This document shows positions 61,514 to 64,000 of a stretch of DNA of 64,000 bases, in pieces. The DNA comes from Candidatus Poribacteria bacterium. Lineage in GTDB: Bacteria > Poribacteria > WGA-4E > PCPOR2b. The stretch's first letter is position 1. Each line of letters opens with the position of its first letter. A model generated the notes under the pieces. The model was given only the letters and a program-made list of their open reading frames with translations. It was not told the origin of the DNA and did not search any database. The stretch spans positions 5,408,001-5,472,000 of the forward strand of contig OZ244042.1 in the NCBI GenBank assembly GCA_965215015.1, in the 5' to 3' direction. Made by a program: the position numbers and the translations under genes.

Positions 61514-61754
61514 GGGTGAATGTGAGATGATTTTGAACGGTCCTGTTAAGAAATCGTGCAAAGAAACCTAGGCGGCGGGGCACCCCGCTCCTGCTCGCCA
61601 GTCAGCCATCGTCCCTCGCCCGATAAATTGGGATCCAGACCAACTTGTGGGCATTCATTTATTTTCCCCTGCTAAAGGGGTAGCCCACCCGTACTTACTA
61701 AAAACTCGGTATTTCTCCGTGCTTTGCACCTTCTTTTGATATGAGCCATTTTGA

Positions 61755-62849
61755 ATGCAGAACTGGTGCCGCTTGAACGTATCACAAATCGTTACATTAT
61801 CAATTTCTAAATTGAAAGTGTATCTACGGTTCTTCCCATTATTGCCCTGTTCCAGTTCTCCAGTCATCCCACCTTTTCCTGCACGCTTTCTCCGGCTCAT
61901 CATTGCCCCCGTCTTATTACTCGTGCCCCTTGAGGGAGCCTTTGCTCAAGAAGCCATTCGTATCCTCTCACACCAATTTAACCCGGACGATATTACAGTC
62001 GGAGATCGAGTTCAGTTACGCCTGCGGATCGAAGTCGATGAAAACCTACATATCTACTTAGATCCAATAGACAGCAGCAAACACGAGCATTTGGAAGTAG
62101 ATAAACCTCAAGTAAAACGAATCGAATCCGAAAGCCTACCAACGGGCAAAGCACGTTATGAGGTAACCTACCCACTACGTGCCTTCACTACCGGTACACA
62201 CACCCTTCCCTCCATTACAATTAAATACACTGGTGGCGATGGAGACAGCGGAAGTATCCAGACACCTGCTTATCTGTTTGAAGTGCGGGCTGTCAAACCC
62301 CCTGGTGCCACAGAGATGAAAGGAATCAAGGGGCCTTGGTCCGTGCCCCCCAATTGGTTTCTTTTGACTTTAGTCGTGTTTCTGGTAATCATAGTCGTCG
62401 GTGTGCTTGCCTTTTTTTATTTCCGCAAGTGGGCTCAACCGATAGAATCACAGTCTGAAGTACTGCCCCAGCGTCAACCTCACGAAATTGCTTATGAGCA
62501 GCTGAATCGGATTGAAGGGATGAACTGGGTCGCACAGGGCGAAATGAAAATATACCACACCGAAATCTCTCACGCTATCCGTCAGTATCTCGCTGCACGA
62601 TATCATATCCCCGCGCTTGAACTGACCACCCAAGAGCTACTCGACCGTTTGCAGCCCGAAGATATTCCGAAAGAGTTGGTGCGGCAGTTTTTCACTAACT
62701 GTGATCTGGTCAAGTTTGCCCGCTACAATCCCACGAAACCAGAAGCCCATGGGCAGATAGAGGAAGCACGTCGAATTGTCGATGAGACGAAGCAGTTTTG
62801 GAGGGGTAAGGATGAGGAACAGGAAAGCGAAATTGATGCGAATCTGTAA
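61755..62849 (+). CDS. BatD/DUF4381-like membrane protein (start uncertain)
   Basis: Ig-like 'ITVGDRV' domain, a TM segment, 'PHEIA', 'ALELTTQEL' and 'DLVKFA'. Confidence 0.75.
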   Translation: MQNWCRLNVSQIVTLSISKLKVYLRFFPLLPCSSSPVIPPFPARFLRLIIAPVLLLVPLEGAFAQEAIRILSHQFNPDDITVGDRVQLRLRIEVDENLHIYLDPIDSSKHEHLEVDKPQVKRIESESLPTGKARYEVTYPLRAFTTGTHTLPSITIKYTGGDGDSGSIQTPAYLFEVRAVKPPGATEMKGIKGPWSVPPNWFLLTLVVFLVIIVVGVLAFFYFRKWAQPIESQSEVLPQRQPHEIAYEQLNRIEGMNWVAQGEMKIYHTEISHAIRQYLAARYHIPALELTTQELLDRLQPEDIPKELVRQFFTNCDLVKFARYNPTKPEAHGQIEEARRIVDETKQFWRGKDEEQESEIDANL

Positions 62850-63211
62850 TTGCTGTGGGTGATAATAACCCAAGCTTCAACCGATTTTGATTTGGAGTTG
62901 ACGGGGCCAGAAGAGGAAGGAAAAATGCCACAGTAAAAATCTTCTTCCTTCCAGGCTTCTGTTCCTGTCTACCCTATCGTTTGTTATTTTCGCTTGTTTT
63001 TTTTTGAAAAAGAGGTACAATATTGGTTATAATGAGGCGAAAATAACATTAGTTTGCCCGGTTTTCTTTAAATCCGTTGGCAAAAGTCAATTTTTCTATA
63101 TGCTTACTTTGTATGCCTTACGGTGTAATGTTTCATTTGTTTTTGAAGCGGCAATTTTTGTCTCTAACGGAATGCCAAAGCATTTCTAATAGCTCATGAG
63201 GAGATGACTTT

Positions 63212-63531
63212 ATGTCAATGAGGTTTTCGATTTTCACCAAAACGCTAGCAGTTGTGTTGATTATTGCAGTATGTGTGGTCCCCATCTCAGGTGTTCGCGG
63301 CACCGTATGAATCAGAACGAACTACGAAGCGGCTTAGCCTATGGTGCTGTTTGGGTAGCCTGCGGGTTTGCGACGCTTCGCTGTATAGCGGCAATACTCG
63401 ACCCGACTCGTCTACTAATCGCTTATTGCATTATCGGTGGTGGATGTGCAACAGCAGCTGCGGCTTTTATAGCGGCAAAGAGGGCTTATGATGACTGCCG
63501 GCAGAGGTATAATATTGCAGGAGTTGGGTGA
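63212..63531 (+). pseudogene. Frameshifted secreted hydrophobic Cys-rich peptide
   Basis: GAGGAG RBS. The signal peptide, 'SQVFAAPYESER' and 'LAYGAVWVAC...DDCRQRY' lie in three successive frames. Confidence 0.55.
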
Positions 63532-63580
63532 TAGCCTGCCTATTGAATGACTACACAAATGAAAGGGAGGAGATTGATTT

Positions 63581-64000
63581 ATGAAAATCGCAAACACAAT
63601 GAGACAGCATATCTACAAATACGAATCGCTATACGCTATTTTGTGTGGGAGTTTGTTGATTGTTGGTGGGGGGTATTCGTTGATATCGAGGATAGGAGGT
63701 GACTACCCTTACCCTGGCATAGGTTATATGCTGATGGGTATAAGTTTCATCACATCAATTTACTTAAAGCGGAAATGGTTAGGGATTTGTGCTTTCCTTA
63801 CCATGCTTCTCGCTATATGGATTATGATCTTCAAACCTTTTTCCAACCTTGGAGATGATAACGCTAGAAAGGAAGTGGGTGTGCAGCAGCAGGCAGGGCG
63901 CAAGCTGCAAAGTCTAACGATATTAAGAACAATACACGATGGCAACTTGAGCTATCTTAGTTTTGTTCAACGCCTTGGTGTTAACGCGGAGCAGGTATTG
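63581..64000 (+). CDS. Membrane protein, 3'-truncated by the window edge
   Basis: GGGAGG RBS; MKIANTMRQH... with about 3 TM segments; open to the end of the window. Confidence 0.65.
   Translation, partial: MKIANTMRQHIYKYESLYAILCGSLLIVGGGYSLISRIGGDYPYPGIGYMLMGISFITSIYLKRKWLGICAFLTMLLAIWIMIFKPFSNLGDDNARKEVGVQQQAGRKLQSLTILRTIHDGNLSYLSFVQRLGVNAEQVL

Overview
Bacterial chromosomal window, probably Candidatus Poribacteria or a close relative. This is inferred from the giant protein ending in an 'LLHNYPNPFNPETWIPY...YWDGRN...SGIYFY...RKMMILK' sorting domain and from the dense REP/MITE-like intergenic repeats. Contents from left to right: (1) metabolic and RNA-modification genes (1-3.7 kb); (2) a decayed defence island (3.8-11.2 kb) with an IS1595-family transposase, an intact type IIG restriction-modification gene, nine extra copies of that gene's last ~15-23 codons interleaved with a ~100-bp palindromic element, and HicB, Schlafen/AlbA_2 and HsdS remnants; (3) an atypical SHMT-family gene and an FAD oxidoreductase; (4) a 2305-aa Ig-like-repeat exported protein; (5) an ECF-sigma-headed cluster of small secreted Cys/His-rich peptides with membrane partners, including a diverged ~1.1-kb duplication; (6) rnpB; (7) a DUF4175/DUF4159/vWA-GATase-like operon; (8) a candidate structured ncRNA ahead of a Zn-ribbon gene; (9) CIRCE-controlled groEL with a His-rich tail and no groES; (10) ABC, vWA, TetR and FG-GAP genes; (11) an M16 peptidase pair with a probable nonsense-split fusion; (12) a methyltransferase-mlaEFD-spt-ceramide-synthase-like cluster, suggesting sphingolipid synthesis and transport; (13) a NapG/MauM ferredoxin, a BatD-like gene and a frameshifted secreted-peptide/membrane-protein pair at the right edge. 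Family assignments come from motif recognition by eye; no database searches were run.
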